Assembly: GCA_964627305.1 (NCBI GenBank) | Contig: CAZVHP010000005.1 | Location: 162,458 to 226,457, forward strand | Direction: 5' to 3' | DNA from: an uncultured Ignavibacteriales bacterium | GTDB taxonomy: Bacteria; Zixibacteria; MSB-5A5; GN15; FEB-12 | DNA: 64,000 nucleotides | In this document: in pieces, positions 40,195 through 49,467 of the stretch | Numbering within the stretch: position 1 is the stretch's first letter | Layout of the letters: each line of letters opens with the position of its first letter | Notes under the pieces: model-generated | What the model was told of the DNA's origin: nothing | What the model saw: only the letters and a program-made list of their open reading frames with translations | The model's database searches: none | Position numbers and translations under genes: made by a program

Positions 40195-40272
40195 TGACGA
40201 GGGTGACTCTCTGCTGTCCCTGGGTAGTTTCCTAGCCCCCTCTACCCAACCAGAGGAGCGCCCTCTTTTTTT
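40195..40272 (+). ncRNA. Candidate small RNA (about 75-80 nt) between the promoter-like element and a T-tract terminator
   Basis: Internal hairpin GGGTAG-(14 nt)-CTACCC (40222-40247). Terminal hairpin AGAGG-AGCGC-CCTCT (40252-40266) followed by T7. There is no plausible ORF and no plus-strand gene downstream. Confidence 0.35.
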
Positions 40273-40413
40273 ATGCCAGTTTGCCGGGTTAGACCGCACA
40301 GTATACGTATAGACGAGTACGCATTGTGCTTGCAGATGATCACTAACGTGGTGCCGAAACAGTCCTGAGTTGCAGTTGCGGTTACAGCTGCAGCTCAATC
40401 CAACTCACACGGT

Positions 40414-40452
40414 AGAAACAAAACGCCGCCGGAACAACAGCTCCGGCGGCGT
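40414..40452 (-). terminator. Rho-independent terminator of the ferredoxin gene
   Basis: ACGCCGCCGGA-(8 nt)-TCCGGCGGCGT, an 11-bp stem, followed on the minus strand by UUUGUUUCU. Confidence 0.7.
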
Positions 40453-40482
40453 ATACAGCGTTTGTAAACGCTGAATGATCGA

Positions 40483-40668
40483 TCAAGCCTTCTCTATGCA
40501 GTCAACCGGGCAGACCTCAATGCAGTGCGGACCATCATCCTGGTCTTCGCATTCATTGCACGTATCCGGGTTGATGACGTAGATATCACCTTCCTCGATA
40601 GACTCGGTCGGACATTCCGGGAGGCACAGGCCGCAGGCCGTGCACTCGTCGGTGATCTTCATCGCCAT
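40483..40668 (-). CDS. Small 2x[4Fe-4S]-type ferredoxin (YfhL-like)
   Basis: MAMKITDECTACGLCLPECPTESI...NPDTCNECEDQDDGPHCIEVCPVDCI has two Cys clusters. A strong GGAGGA RBS precedes the internal ATG (40666-40668). Confidence 0.85.
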   Translation of the reverse strand: MAMKITDECTACGLCLPECPTESIEEGDIYVINPDTCNECEDQDDGPHCIEVCPVDCIEKA

Positions 40669-41094
40669 GGTGTTATCCTCCAGTTCGAAACGGTTGTCGC
40701 CGCACGCGGATTTTTTCAGGGCGCAATATATAGGATAAACGGGTGAACACAAGGGAATATTTGAAGAAAGTACCTATCAGTCCAAATTCGTAACACACAG
40801 GCGCACTGTGTCTTACAAAAAATTACCTTTACGTAAAGGTGGGCATTGTTACCCATCCGGGACACCATGCCATGCGCGTTGTCTTCGCAACCGTTGAGAC
40901 AGAGTTAACGTGACTCCTGACCGATGTCCCCTGATCGAGGTGCGATCGCATCCAGGCAGAGCTGAGGCTGCGCGAACCACCACACCGCGGTCGCCGTGTC
41001 TGTGCGATGTGTTTCATGCGAACGGCCGCCCGCGATGAGCGGACGGCCGTTGCAAAATGTAAGTGGGAAAACCCACTGATTCGAAGCTACAGGT

Positions 41095-44000
41095 CTACGG
41101 ACAAGGCAGTGGCGCCGGTCCTCCGCTGAAGAGGTACGCCACCAGATACGTCATATCCGAGATATTGATCACCATATCCGCGTTGACATCAGCCTCCGGG
41201 AAGCATGGCGGCGCAGCGCCTCCGCTAAACAGGAACGCCACCAGATAGGTCATATCTGAGATGTTGATCAGGTCGAGCGGATCGTAGTCGACGTTCCCTC
41301 GAATCGGAGGAATGCAGCACCCTCCGGTATCAGCCGGACAGATTATCAGGGCAGCATCGATCAACACAATGATCGGCCCTCCCTGATACTGCACGGGGAT
41401 GAATATCGGATCAAGCGGGTTCTGGCTTTCAAAAGTGAAGATACCATCTGCGAACCACTGGTTCGGATAGTCAACAAGCTGCCAGGTTGCCGGGGTCGGA
41501 CACGGGAACATGGCCGGAATGGCCGTGTAAATGTCATGCCAGTTGGTGCCGTGCGGACCGGAGACAAGCGAAGCATCGTCATGCACTGTCGGACCGTGTG
41601 CTGAACCCGGGGGCGGGTCTCCCTCCGATTTGTCAAAGAACGGATCGGAGATGCAGATCTGGGTCGACGTTGTACACACGCCGGCTGAGGTCACATAGTG
41701 CCCTCCTAACCACTGGCACATCGGCTCCTCATCGAGCAGTTCATAGAACCCGAGCAGAAGGATGACATCCTGGCTGGAAAGGATGGAGTCGCGCAGCAAA
41801 TAGTAATCCGGACCTATGACCGGTGTGATGGTGTACTCCTGGTCAAGACCCACCATCGTCAGCCAGTTGTTGGCGCCCATGACCATGTCTGCAAACGACG
41901 TCCCGGGCACAATACCGTCGGTATTGCATGCGGCCGCAAGCTGCGAGATGAACGGAACCACGTTGCTCGTGTCGTGGTCGTCCCAGATGCCGGCGGGGTC
42001 ATAGGATGAGACCAACGGGTAGCCATCATTGGCCGGCGGGCTTATCGGACTCGGGTAGAACGGCCGCGGATCAACCGGGTTCGGTTCGAACTTCGAGTCA
42101 AACCACCAGAAGCAGTTGGCCAGTGACACCGGGCCACACCAACTGAAGTTGCCCGTGAAAGGCGACCACCAGGTACCGCGCTTCTGATCGAAATCAGGCA
42201 TGCCGTTCGGGCAGTAGTCGAGATAACCCTGCTTGAAGTACTCGCAGGTATCATCCGGCTGCGGGCACTCGCACGGATAGCAATTGATCACCAGAAGGTA
42301 GGGACCGACCGTTTCCATACTTCCCGCCACCCGGATGTTCAAAGTGGTACCCGGCAGATGGCAGTTGACGGTCGGATCGAGACAGTCGTACTGAGAATCC
42401 GTACCGACCGCATCCGGGAAGACGCCATTGTAGTCGTCGTTGCTGTAGATCATTGTCTGACACGTGGCATCCCATATCTCCAGATAAGTGTTCAATCCGC
42501 CACCATAGGCATACTGCCCGGGAGTGGCATCACCGAACAACCGCACGTGCAGACAATAGCACGTGTCCTCAGGAAGTGTGACAACCCACCAGTCCTCATC
42601 CAGCGGGTGGGATATCCAACCGCAATAGGCCGTCTCGCAGGATGCGGGATTGGCTTGGTGGCAGACGTCATTCGGTTCCATCTCCTGTCCCCCGCCAACC
42701 TTGTCCGGCGGTGGATTTTCCCAGCAATCCCATGGCTCCTCGCCGGTGGTCACTGCCACACAGGCCGAGAACTCAGAGGTGTTGCCGTTCACATCGGTCG
42801 TTGTCGCAGTCACGGAATCTCCCGCCGTCAGAGCGGCGGTCGTGAAAACCCAATTGCCCATAGCATCCGGCGTGGCAAACCCAAGGTAGACAGCCCCCTC
42901 GCCATAGCCAGTGGGATCCAGTGCTGCCTTGAAAAGCTCGACCGTGGCCTGGTTGGGCGGGGTGTCGATGTCAATCGTACCACCGATGTTGGTCGTACCG
43001 GAAGTAATGACGGCTCCAAAGATGACGGGGAAATTCAGTTCCTCATTGGCCCGGGTATCCAGATCCCCCGGATCATTGGGCGTGACACCGTCGTTGTTCA
43101 GATCGATACCCAGCCCCCCGTTGTCGAATATGGCATTCTGGGTAATGGTGTTGCGGTCAGCGTTGATGTTGTCCAGCGGGTGCTCCCAGACAGTAACACC
43201 GGCCCCGATGTTATACGCTATGCGGTTGTTCTCAATGCGGTTATCAATAGCGTAACCCCACTGAGAGGGGCCGTACTCACCGACAGCCACACCTGCGAAC
43301 ATATTGGGCAGCGGTGCACCGGTCAGATCCAGTCCGATGCTGTTACCCATGATCATGTTCTGATACGTGAATATCGGTGGTGCCGGGTACGGCTCGTTGT
43401 CGAAACCCTGGATCCCGATGCCATCGTAGCCGTTGGCGCAGATGAGATTGTCCAGTACGTGGTTGTCGTGGGTCCCCTCGGAAAGACAGACACCCTCATG
43501 ATCATTGCCGATCCCCAACGTCCCTGATATGTCGGTGCCGATGTAGTTTGCCAAGACATGGTTGTCGAACACGTCGCCAGGAACCTTTGGCCCCTCGATA
43601 TGAACCCCTTCAGCATAGTTGCCACTGATGAGATTGGCATCAATGATCGTCTGACTGGTTGTTCCTCCCGGCTGGTTGCCCACATAGATGCCAGCCCACA
43701 ACGAGGCTTGGTTGCGGCCATTGCCCATATCTGCGGTGCCGGATAGATCAGTGCCGACAAAACAACAGTAGATGATGTTATTGGCAATGAAGGGCTCGAA
43801 AGATCCGGATTCGACGCAGATGCCGTCCTGCTCGAAGTTGTTGATACACAGCCCCTGAATGTGATTGTTCGAGGAGACCACCCACAGACCATGCGCCGGC
43901 CCGGCCGCCATGCCGTTGATCTCTATCAGGAGCACGGCAGTTGAGGGCGGGTTGGTGCCAGCGGTGGCGCCGCCGGGCTGTGACAGACCGTCGATAAACA

Positions 44001-44298
44001 CTCCCGCGGGATCGGTCAGTGGTGGCAGCTGCGCCAGCGGCATGATCACATGTGGACCCGGCGGCGTAATATTGAACGTGATGATGTCGTTGCCGGGGTT
44101 GGCGTTGGCAGAGTTGATGGCGTCGCGAAGGCTCCCTGGACCAGCATCGGCCGTGTTTGTCACGACGAAAATGGCACGCGAGTCGGTGGCTTCCTGTCCC
44201 TGACTCTCAGCACTTCTGCTGTCCTGCGACGCGTGAACAAGGCACGTTACCAGCAACAGCAAGGCCCCCAAAGTCACGAGTATGACTTTTGGTCGCAT
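41095..44298 (-). CDS. Large secreted multidomain protein: signal peptide, right-handed parallel beta-helix repeats, PPC (pre-peptidase C-terminal)-like domain, papain-like cysteine-peptidase-like domain, two dockerin-like Ca-binding repeats
   Basis: VVTNTADAGPGSLRDAINSANANPGNDIITFNI plus many NxxxGxxI-type beta-helix turns; EPNDVCHQANP...GWISHPLDEDWWVV (PPC-like); WCGPVSLANCFWW ... GGHYVTSAG (Cys/His dyad-like); C-terminal GNVDYDPLDLINISDMTYLVAFLFSGG...ADVNADMVINISDMTYLVAYLFSGGPAP. Confidence 0.7.
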   Translation of the reverse strand: MRPKVILVTLGALLLLVTCLVHASQDSRSAESQGQEATDSRAIFVVTNTADAGPGSLRDAINSANANPGNDIITFNITPPGPHVIMPLAQLPPLTDPAGVFIDGLSQPGGATAGTNPPSTAVLLIEINGMAAGPAHGLWVVSSNNHIQGLCINNFEQDGICVESGSFEPFIANNIIYCCFVGTDLSGTADMGNGRNQASLWAGIYVGNQPGGTTSQTIIDANLISGNYAEGVHIEGPKVPGDVFDNHVLANYIGTDISGTLGIGNDHEGVCLSEGTHDNHVLDNLICANGYDGIGIQGFDNEPYPAPPIFTYQNMIMGNSIGLDLTGAPLPNMFAGVAVGEYGPSQWGYAIDNRIENNRIAYNIGAGVTVWEHPLDNINADRNTITQNAIFDNGGLGIDLNNDGVTPNDPGDLDTRANEELNFPVIFGAVITSGTTNIGGTIDIDTPPNQATVELFKAALDPTGYGEGAVYLGFATPDAMGNWVFTTAALTAGDSVTATTTDVNGNTSEFSACVAVTTGEEPWDCWENPPPDKVGGGQEMEPNDVCHQANPASCETAYCGWISHPLDEDWWVVTLPEDTCYCLHVRLFGDATPGQYAYGGGLNTYLEIWDATCQTMIYSNDDYNGVFPDAVGTDSQYDCLDPTVNCHLPGTTLNIRVAGSMETVGPYLLVINCYPCECPQPDDTCEYFKQGYLDYCPNGMPDFDQKRGTWWSPFTGNFSWCGPVSLANCFWWFDSKFEPNPVDPRPFYPSPISPPANDGYPLVSSYDPAGIWDDHDTSNVVPFISQLAAACNTDGIVPGTSFADMVMGANNWLTMVGLDQEYTITPVIGPDYYLLRDSILSSQDVILLLGFYELLDEEPMCQWLGGHYVTSAGVCTTSTQICISDPFFDKSEGDPPPGSAHGPTVHDDASLVSGPHGTNWHDIYTAIPAMFPCPTPATWQLVDYPNQWFADGIFTFESQNPLDPIFIPVQYQGGPIIVLIDAALIICPADTGGCCIPPIRGNVDYDPLDLINISDMTYLVAFLFSGGAAPPCFPEADVNADMVINISDMTYLVAYLFSGGPAPLPCP

Positions 44299-44634
44299 TG
44301 CACTCCTCCTGTGTAGATTTGTTTTCTCTCGTCAGCCGTGCGTTTCGGCTGCGAAGTAGTTCATGATACTCGGCTTGTCGCAATCAGATGAGAACCCAGA
44401 GCCGGCCCGCCCGTCTGGGTCAACAGCCAACGGGTACAGTGTTGTGCCGGCATCAATCAACAAGCAGGAAGCAGTAGTCCACAATGAAAAGTCCGTATCC
44501 CTGCATACGTAATATATGCCGCCAACCACAGAGCGTCAAGACAATTGTGGACTCGGGGGGCCGTGTTTTGAAGGTTGCAGAAGAAGTCGGGTTGTTGAAG
44601 CGTTTTGTGAAGAAACCTATGACCTGGGTTGAAA

Positions 44635-44709
<75 letters not shown>

Positions 44710-44721
44710 CAATAACATGAG

Positions 44722-44798
<77 letters not shown>

Positions 44799-44866
44799 TT
44801 TTTTACATAAGTGCCTCACGGCGTGGTTGAAATATATTACTGGTGGCTTGTCTGTCAACTGAATTC

Positions 44867-46798
44867 TTAGCGGCCGCTGGTGCCGCGACTCTGCTGCATC
44901 CTCTGGCGAGCCTTTGCTACCTCGGCTTCAACCAGCGAATCCAGCCGCGGCCAATACCACGGCGCCAGTTGCTTCACCCATGTTTCATGCACAGCCGCCT
45001 TGACGGTATCCGAGAAGAACCTCGCGTATAGATACAGGTCCTTGTGTGCCTCGAAGACCATCGAATCCTGCGCCACCGCCTGATTCATGAGCTCCATAGC
45101 CCGGTCGTGCTGACCCGCCCGCATGTACAGCGACCCCATCTGGTAGAGAAGCTGCTCGTAAGGCTCGCCCTCGACGTATTGACGAGCAGAGGCGAACTCG
45201 CGCAGGGCCTCGGCAGCGGACCCGGCGTTGGAGAGCTCTATGCCGCGCTTATAATGCTGCACGAACTCGACCGGATAGTCCGGCTCCAGGGGACCCGTGA
45301 GGGGCCTGACTTTCTTGTGAGCAACAATCAGACTCCCATCGCCGGGTCGACTCTGCGGATCCGGCTGATAGTACCACCCGACAGAACGGTAGGCCTCGCG
45401 GAACGGCCGATACAGAAGCAGTGCCTGTTCGGCGGGGGCTGACGGTTTGATGTCGGTCGAGAACACGATATAGTCCGGCGCCCTTTGCAACAGATAGCGA
45501 GTGTTGTGGCTGCGTTCTTTCCAGGTGCTGGCCAGTCCCGGAACAGGTGGTTCGGAATGACGCGCAATAGTGGAGTCGGTCAGCCCAACCAGATCGACCA
45601 CGTCATGCCCCACCAAGGTGTAGCCGAAAATGCCGATCGTGGGAATCGCCACAGAAAAGCCGCTGGAGTCTGACTGCTTCAGTTGCGTCGCCATGAATTC
45701 CATCTTGCGGATGAATCCCCGCTCAAGCTCATTGTATTGCAGTACGAAGTCGCGGGGCAACCAGACAGTCAACACAACCAACACCAGACCCACAACGGTG
45801 TACGCTATGAGTCGTACCCGACGCAGCCAATGCGTCGTGATCAGGTGCAACGATACCATGTGAAGAACTGCGTACATGGCCACGAACGGCAGGAAGAACC
45901 GATGAACCTGCAGTACATCTCCCCCAACCAGCACGATATAGGCCGTGTACAGAAAGGTGAACAGCCAGACGACTCGCATTGGCTGACCGAGTCGCTGCCA
46001 GAACAACAGCGGGACTACCAGCCCGGCACCATAGAATCCGTAGTGAGCACAGAAGCGACCCACGTACTCAAGACCACTCTCCAGCTGACCGGCGGAGAAC
46101 CCCGTTTTGGCATAGAACGGATTGGGGAGAATAGAGCCATAGTAGGCCAGCTTGAAGCCGACCATCGGTAGGCTGGCGATTAGCGCGACTGCCGCAGCCG
46201 TAACCGTAAAACGCGGGAAACGGCGACAGATGACCGCCTCACAGACAATCAGCAGCCCGGTGATCAGTGCCCCTTCGGGCCGTAACCAGACCGCCCATGT
46301 CAGGGTCAGCACGAGAAGCCAACTACGCTGCAGGAACAGCAGCAGCGATGCCACTGTCATAAACGCAAATGCCGCCGTCTCCAGGCCGGCAGGCGACCAG
46401 TAGGCGAGCGACATGTTCAATCCCACCAGCAGCGGCACCAGAACCGCGAAGAGCCGTTCTCGTTCGGGAAGCATCCTCAGAGCCATCATCAGCGACAGGA
46501 TCACTATTCCCGCCCCCATCGCAAACCCGAGCAGCTGCGACGCAATAATGTAATCCAGGCCCAGTGACCCGATGAAAACCATCAGGATCACCCAGCCGAA
46601 ATTGGTGAATCCCTCAACCCGCTCACCGACATTGAACACCAGCCCGTCGCCATTGAGGTAGTTGGCAACATAGCGGTAGGAAATGTAGGCGTCATCCTGA
46701 ACGAAATTGAGGGACACCGCCAGATAGACGAACCCGCCTAACGCCAGAAGAACGGCAATCCAATACGGGGCACTCTGTCGTGAGAGACGCAATATCAT
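44867..46798 (-). CDS. Polytopic membrane protein of GT-C glycosyltransferase-like architecture with C-terminal soluble TPR-like domain
   Basis: N-terminal loop motif VQDDAYISYRYVANYLNGDGLVFNVGERVEGFTNFGW followed by more than 10 TM helices. The C-terminal roughly 200 aa are soluble with TPR-like helices (YEQLLYQMGSLYMRAGQHDRAMELMNQAVAQD). The function is inferred from architecture only. Confidence 0.5.
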   Translation of the reverse strand: MILRLSRQSAPYWIAVLLALGGFVYLAVSLNFVQDDAYISYRYVANYLNGDGLVFNVGERVEGFTNFGWVILMVFIGSLGLDYIIASQLLGFAMGAGIVILSLMMALRMLPERERLFAVLVPLLVGLNMSLAYWSPAGLETAAFAFMTVASLLLFLQRSWLLVLTLTWAVWLRPEGALITGLLIVCEAVICRRFPRFTVTAAAVALIASLPMVGFKLAYYGSILPNPFYAKTGFSAGQLESGLEYVGRFCAHYGFYGAGLVVPLLFWQRLGQPMRVVWLFTFLYTAYIVLVGGDVLQVHRFFLPFVAMYAVLHMVSLHLITTHWLRRVRLIAYTVVGLVLVVLTVWLPRDFVLQYNELERGFIRKMEFMATQLKQSDSSGFSVAIPTIGIFGYTLVGHDVVDLVGLTDSTIARHSEPPVPGLASTWKERSHNTRYLLQRAPDYIVFSTDIKPSAPAEQALLLYRPFREAYRSVGWYYQPDPQSRPGDGSLIVAHKKVRPLTGPLEPDYPVEFVQHYKRGIELSNAGSAAEALREFASARQYVEGEPYEQLLYQMGSLYMRAGQHDRAMELMNQAVAQDSMVFEAHKDLYLYARFFSDTVKAAVHETWVKQLAPWYWPRLDSLVEAEVAKARQRMQQSRGTSGR

Positions 46799-46874
46799 CT
46801 GCAGTCAACGAGTTTCGGTAGCATCAGTCAGATCCCCAGACTCACATCACGGGAGCCATCGTAAGAGTGGGCAA

Positions 46875-48350
46875 CTATGTCGGGGTCACCAACTGGCCGA
46901 AGAGCTCCTGATATCTGGCTGCCGACGACGCCCACGAAAAGTCCTGCTTCATCCCCGACTTCATCAGACGCGTCCATGCCCGTTTGCGTGTGAACAGCTC
47001 TGAGGCCCGGTCAACCGCAGCGAGCATGGCTTCCGGTGTGTAGTCTGTGAACACGAAGCCGGTTCCTTCCCCTGTATCGGGATTGTAATCATCCACCGTA
47101 TCGGCCAGCCCGCCAACGAGGTGCACGATGGGCACAGTCCCGTACTTCAGCGAGTACATCTGATTCAGGCCGCATGGCTCGAATCTGGACGGCATCAGGA
47201 AGATATCAGACCCGGCCTCAATCCAGTGGGCCAGATCGTCATCGAAGGTGAGCCACACTTTCAGTTTGTCCGGATACTGCTTCTGGAGTCTCAGCAACTG
47301 ATCATGGTAGCGTTGTTCGCCGGTGCCCAGAACAAGCATCTGTATATCTCGTCCGAACAACCGATCGGCCGCGGCGTCAATCAGATCGAGTCCTTTCTGA
47401 TCGACCAGGCGGGAAATCATACCGATAACCGGGGTGCGTTCGCGTACCGGCAGCCCGGCGCGGTTGAGAAGCTCAACCTGCGTAGACCGCTTTCCGGAAA
47501 GGTTTGGAAGGTGATAGCGATACGGGATTACTCGATCGCGTGAGGGCGACCAGACGGTATAGTCTACGCCATTGAGGATCCCGACAACGTCATTGGCCCG
47601 GTTCCGTAGTACTCCCTCCATGCCGCAGCCAAACTCCGGGTCCGACTGGATCTCGCGGGCGTAGTTTGGCGAAACGGTCGTTATGCGATCAGCGAACATG
47701 ATGGCACCCTTCAGAAAGTTCACCTTCTCGTAGAACTCCAGCGGGCCGGTGGCGTAGAAAAGCTCCTCAGGAAGCGACAGGTTGGTGAAGCGTTCCCGCG
47801 GGAAGACACCCTGATACGCCAGGTTGTGAATGGTCAGTACTGACTTCACGCCCCTGAAGAAGCTATCGGAGGCGTAGACCGTGCGCAGCAGAACCGGAAT
47901 GATGCCGGCCTGCCAGTCGTGAACATGGATGATATCAGGTTTCCAGCCGAGCTCCCTGAGCGATTCCATCACGGCGCGAGCAAAGAAGCTGTAACGCAGG
48001 TCGTTGTCGACATAGTCAGTACCAGTACGTGGATCTACATAGATACCGTCACGGCCAAAAAGCGGCTCGTTGTGGACGAAGTAGTGTGTCAGAGGCAGCT
48101 TTCGATCCCGCACCGATTCGAGCTGTGCGCCTTGGTTCTTCCCCGCCACCGGAATGGTAACGGTCCAGTCGAGCTTCTGCGTGCGGTGTGCCTGCAAGTC
48201 AACAGACTTGTATTGAGGGAGAAAGACAACAACCTCGTGGCCCAGTCTCGCCAATTCCTTTGGCAGGGCGCCGACCACATCCCCGAGCCCACCGGTCTTG
48301 GCGAACGGCGTTGCCTCGGAGGCGGCAACAAGTATTCTCATTCTATCCAT
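46875..48350 (-). CDS. glgA: Glycogen/starch synthase
   Basis: MRILVAASEATPFAKTGGLGDVVGALPKEL (KTGGL motif), HDWQAG, and a GT5-type C-terminus (SRFEPCGLNQMYSLKYGT). Confidence 0.92.
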   Translation of the reverse strand: MDRMRILVAASEATPFAKTGGLGDVVGALPKELARLGHEVVVFLPQYKSVDLQAHRTQKLDWTVTIPVAGKNQGAQLESVRDRKLPLTHYFVHNEPLFGRDGIYVDPRTGTDYVDNDLRYSFFARAVMESLRELGWKPDIIHVHDWQAGIIPVLLRTVYASDSFFRGVKSVLTIHNLAYQGVFPRERFTNLSLPEELFYATGPLEFYEKVNFLKGAIMFADRITTVSPNYAREIQSDPEFGCGMEGVLRNRANDVVGILNGVDYTVWSPSRDRVIPYRYHLPNLSGKRSTQVELLNRAGLPVRERTPVIGMISRLVDQKGLDLIDAAADRLFGRDIQMLVLGTGEQRYHDQLLRLQKQYPDKLKVWLTFDDDLAHWIEAGSDIFLMPSRFEPCGLNQMYSLKYGTVPIVHLVGGLADTVDDYNPDTGEGTGFVFTDYTPEAMLAAVDRASELFTRKRAWTRLMKSGMKQDFSWASSAARYQELFGQLVTPT

Positions 48351-49389
48351 CGCTTCCTGCTGATGCTGGGGTTGACTTCGATTGTGCGCTTGTGCCGTTA
48401 AGCTCCTTCAGAAACGCGGCGGCCTCCTCCGGAGTTGTCGGGTTAATGTAGAATCCTGACCCCCACTCAAACCCCGCCATCTTGGTCAGCTTGGGAATAA
48501 TCTCAAAATGCCAATGGTAGTACTCGTGATGCTCCTTTGTGATAGGGGCAGTGTGCAGCACGTAATTGAAGGGGGGATCATTCAGGGCCTCCTTCAGGCG
48601 ACGAAGCGTGTCCTTCATGGCTCGTGCCAGTACTGCGTAGTCAGCGTCGCTCATCTCAAGAAAACTCGACTGATGCGTCTTGGGAATCAACCAGGTCTCG
48701 AACGGGAAACGCGAGGCAAAGGGCTGAATGGTGATAAACGAATCATAGTCGGCCACCAGCCGCTCCTCGTCGTCGAGCTCCTGCCGGACAATATCACAGA
48801 AGATGCACCGCTCTTTGTACTCGAAATACCGCCGGGCACCGACTATTTCCTCGATCACTTTTTTGGGTATTATTGGTGTGGCAATAAGCTGACTATGTGA
48901 ATGTTCCAGCGATGCGCCCGCGGCTTCTCCATGATTCTTGAAGATGAGCACGTACTGGAAGCGCCGATCACGCTCAAGGTCAACGATGCGCTCGCGGTAT
49001 GCCCAGAACACGTTGCGCACCTGCTCGTCGGACATATCGACCAAATCATGCGCGTGCTCCGGGGTCTCTATGAAGACCTCGTGAGCGCCGATCCCGTTCA
49101 TCTTGTCATACAGCCCATCACCCACCCGATTGAGATCACCCTCGACGCGCAACGCCGGGTACTTATTGGAAATGACGCGCAATGACCACCCCGGCCGGTT
49201 TGGCTCCGTTCCGGGCGTGCGATACGACAGGATCTCCGGCGGAGTGCTGTCCTCGTGCCCCGGACAGAACGGACACAGCTTGGCTTGCGTCCGTTTCGAC
49301 ACACTTCGAAACGAAGATGGTCTCCTCCCCCGCTCGGTCGAAATAATGACCCACCGTCCCGTGATGGGGTCCTTCCGAAGTTCGGGCAT
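48343..49389 (-). CDS. galT: Galactose-1-phosphate uridylyltransferase family (HIT-type nucleotidyltransferase)
   Basis: RKDPITGRWVIISTERGRRP, zinc-site CPFCPGHE and active site HSHSQLIA. It overlaps the glgA start by 8 nt. Confidence 0.8.
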   Translation of the reverse strand: MPELRKDPITGRWVIISTERGRRPSSFRSVSKRTQAKLCPFCPGHEDSTPPEILSYRTPGTEPNRPGWSLRVISNKYPALRVEGDLNRVGDGLYDKMNGIGAHEVFIETPEHAHDLVDMSDEQVRNVFWAYRERIVDLERDRRFQYVLIFKNHGEAAGASLEHSHSQLIATPIIPKKVIEEIVGARRYFEYKERCIFCDIVRQELDDEERLVADYDSFITIQPFASRFPFETWLIPKTHQSSFLEMSDADYAVLARAMKDTLRRLKEALNDPPFNYVLHTAPITKEHHEYYHWHFEIIPKLTKMAGFEWGSGFYINPTTPEEAAAFLKELNGTSAQSKSTPASAGSDG

Positions 49390-49467
49390 AGCTACTCCAC
49401 TTTCATGCTATGTAACGCACCGTCGGTAGCCTTGTCAAGCAGGATGCCGACGCGCTTGCCAGAGAAG

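Noticed and set aside
40024-40398. 124-aa minus-strand ORF in the DUF1573-ferredoxin spacer.
   Set aside because: It has Cys/Ser/Arg-rich, low-complexity-like composition, no RBS and no motif. It overlaps the promoter/terminator-bounded sRNA candidate on the other strand.
40769-40775. TTTGAAG (reverse complement CTTCAAA, a UCA anticodon-loop-like string) considered as a possible tRNA-Sec.
   Set aside because: The flanking sequence cannot form an anticodon stem or a cloverleaf. I could not identify selC, selA, selB or selD in this window.
42358-43527. 389-aa plus-strand ORF inside the 1067-aa gene.
   Set aside because: Antisense shadow ORF. The minus-strand product has a signal peptide, beta-helix repeats and dockerin-like repeats.
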